The notes under the pieces are model-generated. The model did no database searches and had not been told where the DNA came from. It was given only the letters and a program-made list of their open reading frames with translations. This document shows, piece by piece, positions 62,800 through 64,000 of a DNA stretch of 64,000 nt. The translations under genes were made by a program, and so were the position numbers. Numbering within the stretch: position 1 is the stretch's first letter; the number at the start of each line of letters is the position of its first letter. The stretch spans positions 26,226,001-26,290,000 of the forward strand of contig NC_092346.1 in NCBI RefSeq assembly GCF_963676685.1, written 5' to 3'. Source of the DNA: Mytilus edulis (taxonomy: Eukaryota).

Positions 62800-64000
62800 C
62801 TATGAACCGTTATAATTTCATACTTTTTATTTGACATGTATAATAAACAACACCAAAGGGTGTGTTGTAATGATTGTACAGCTTTCTAGGTCAAAGGTCA
62901 TTATCGTCAAGGTCGATGAATCTAGTTTATGTTGACAACCTAATCTTCTATGGTTACGATCATGTCTGCTCTATATCTCGAGAACCGTTATGATTTCATA
63001 CATACATTAACCAACACCAGAGGCCAGGGTGTGTCAAAATGTTTGTACAACTTCCCTGGTCAAAAACTAGTTCCAGTTGACAACCCAATCGGCTATGGTT
63101 ACGATCATGTCTGCTCTATATCTCTGCTCTATATCTCGAGAACCGTTATGATTTCATACATACATTAACCAACACCAGAGGGTGTGTCAAAATGTTTGTA
63201 CAACTTCCCTGGTCAAAAACTAGTTCCAGTTGACAACCCAATCGGCTATGGTAAAGATCGAATTCGCTCTATATCTTGAGAGCCATTATGATTTCAAAGC
63301 TAATACTTGACATGAACATTAATCAACACCAGATAGTGTGTCAAAATATATGTGTAACTTCCAAGACGAAAGGTCAAGGTCAAAAACTTACAGTTAACAA
63401 TCCTATGTCCTATGGTAAAAGATCAAGTCCGCTGTATATCTTGAGAACCATTATGATTTCAAAGCCTATACTTGACATGTATATTAACCAACACTAGATG
63501 GTATGTCATAATCTTTGTACAACTTCCTAGGTGTAAGGTCAAGGTCAAAAATTGGTTTCAGTTGACAATTATATGTCCTTTGGTAAACATAATGTCCACT
63601 GTATATCTTGAGACCCCTTATGATTTCAAAGATTATACTTGCTATATACATTAACCAACACCAGAAGGTGCGTCAATTTGTATGTACAACTTCCAAGGTC
63701 AAAGTTCAAGGTCAAAACTGGTTTCTGTTGACAACCCAAAGTCGTATAGTCATGAACCAGTATGATTTTAACGTTTATACTTGACATGTATATTAACCAA
63801 CACCAGATAGTCATACAGTATGTACAACTTCCTAGGTCAAAGGTCAAGGTAAAACAAAATTGGTTTCAGTTGACAAACCTACGTCCTTTGGTAAAGAACT
63901 TATCCGCTCTATATCTTGAGACCCGTTATGCATTCAAAGATTATAGTTGTCATGTACATTAAGCAACACCAGAGAGTATATCAAAATATATGCACAACTT
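62800..64000. repeat. ~120-bp tandem satellite, truncated by the window end
   Basis: The unit TATATCTTGAGA(A/C)CC..TATGATTTC..ATTAACCAACACCAGA..GTACAACTTCC..GGTCAAAGGTCAAGGTCA..GTTGACAA repeats about 10 times. Confidence 0.9.

Overview
This is AT-rich eukaryotic DNA. The interspersed repeat families resemble those of a bivalve mollusc, most likely a Mytilus mussel (inference, not searched). (1) A complete 17-coding-exon ERMARD (C6orf70) gene lies on the minus strand at 2372-24916 (about 659 aa) and has one GC-AG intron. (2) Head-to-head with it, across an E2F/CHR-type promoter element, is an uncharacterised 1026-aa gene with a single coding exon (27550-30630). A diverged paralogue of about 902 aa lies at 57753-60927. 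The two share an N-terminal block, a predicted PH-like beta domain and a C-terminal YSFC...WHCxxCxxC...WHCxxCxxC...CxxC zinc cluster; only the first ends in a CaaX box. (3) Between the paralogues are three insertions or duplications. One is a very young 3.2-kb non-autonomous LTR element with TATT...AATA ends, a 4-bp TSD, a PBS, a PPT and an intron-like segment inside each LTR. One is a ~6.3-kb tandem duplication carrying two intact five-coding-exon Lys/Glu-rich orphan genes. The third is a 3.8-kb TA-flanked TIR element. (4) The rest is MITEs, HINE/pearl-like elements, SINE remnants and satellites. Most short ORFs in the supplied track are repeat or antisense artefacts. No rRNA, tRNA or CRISPR array was found.
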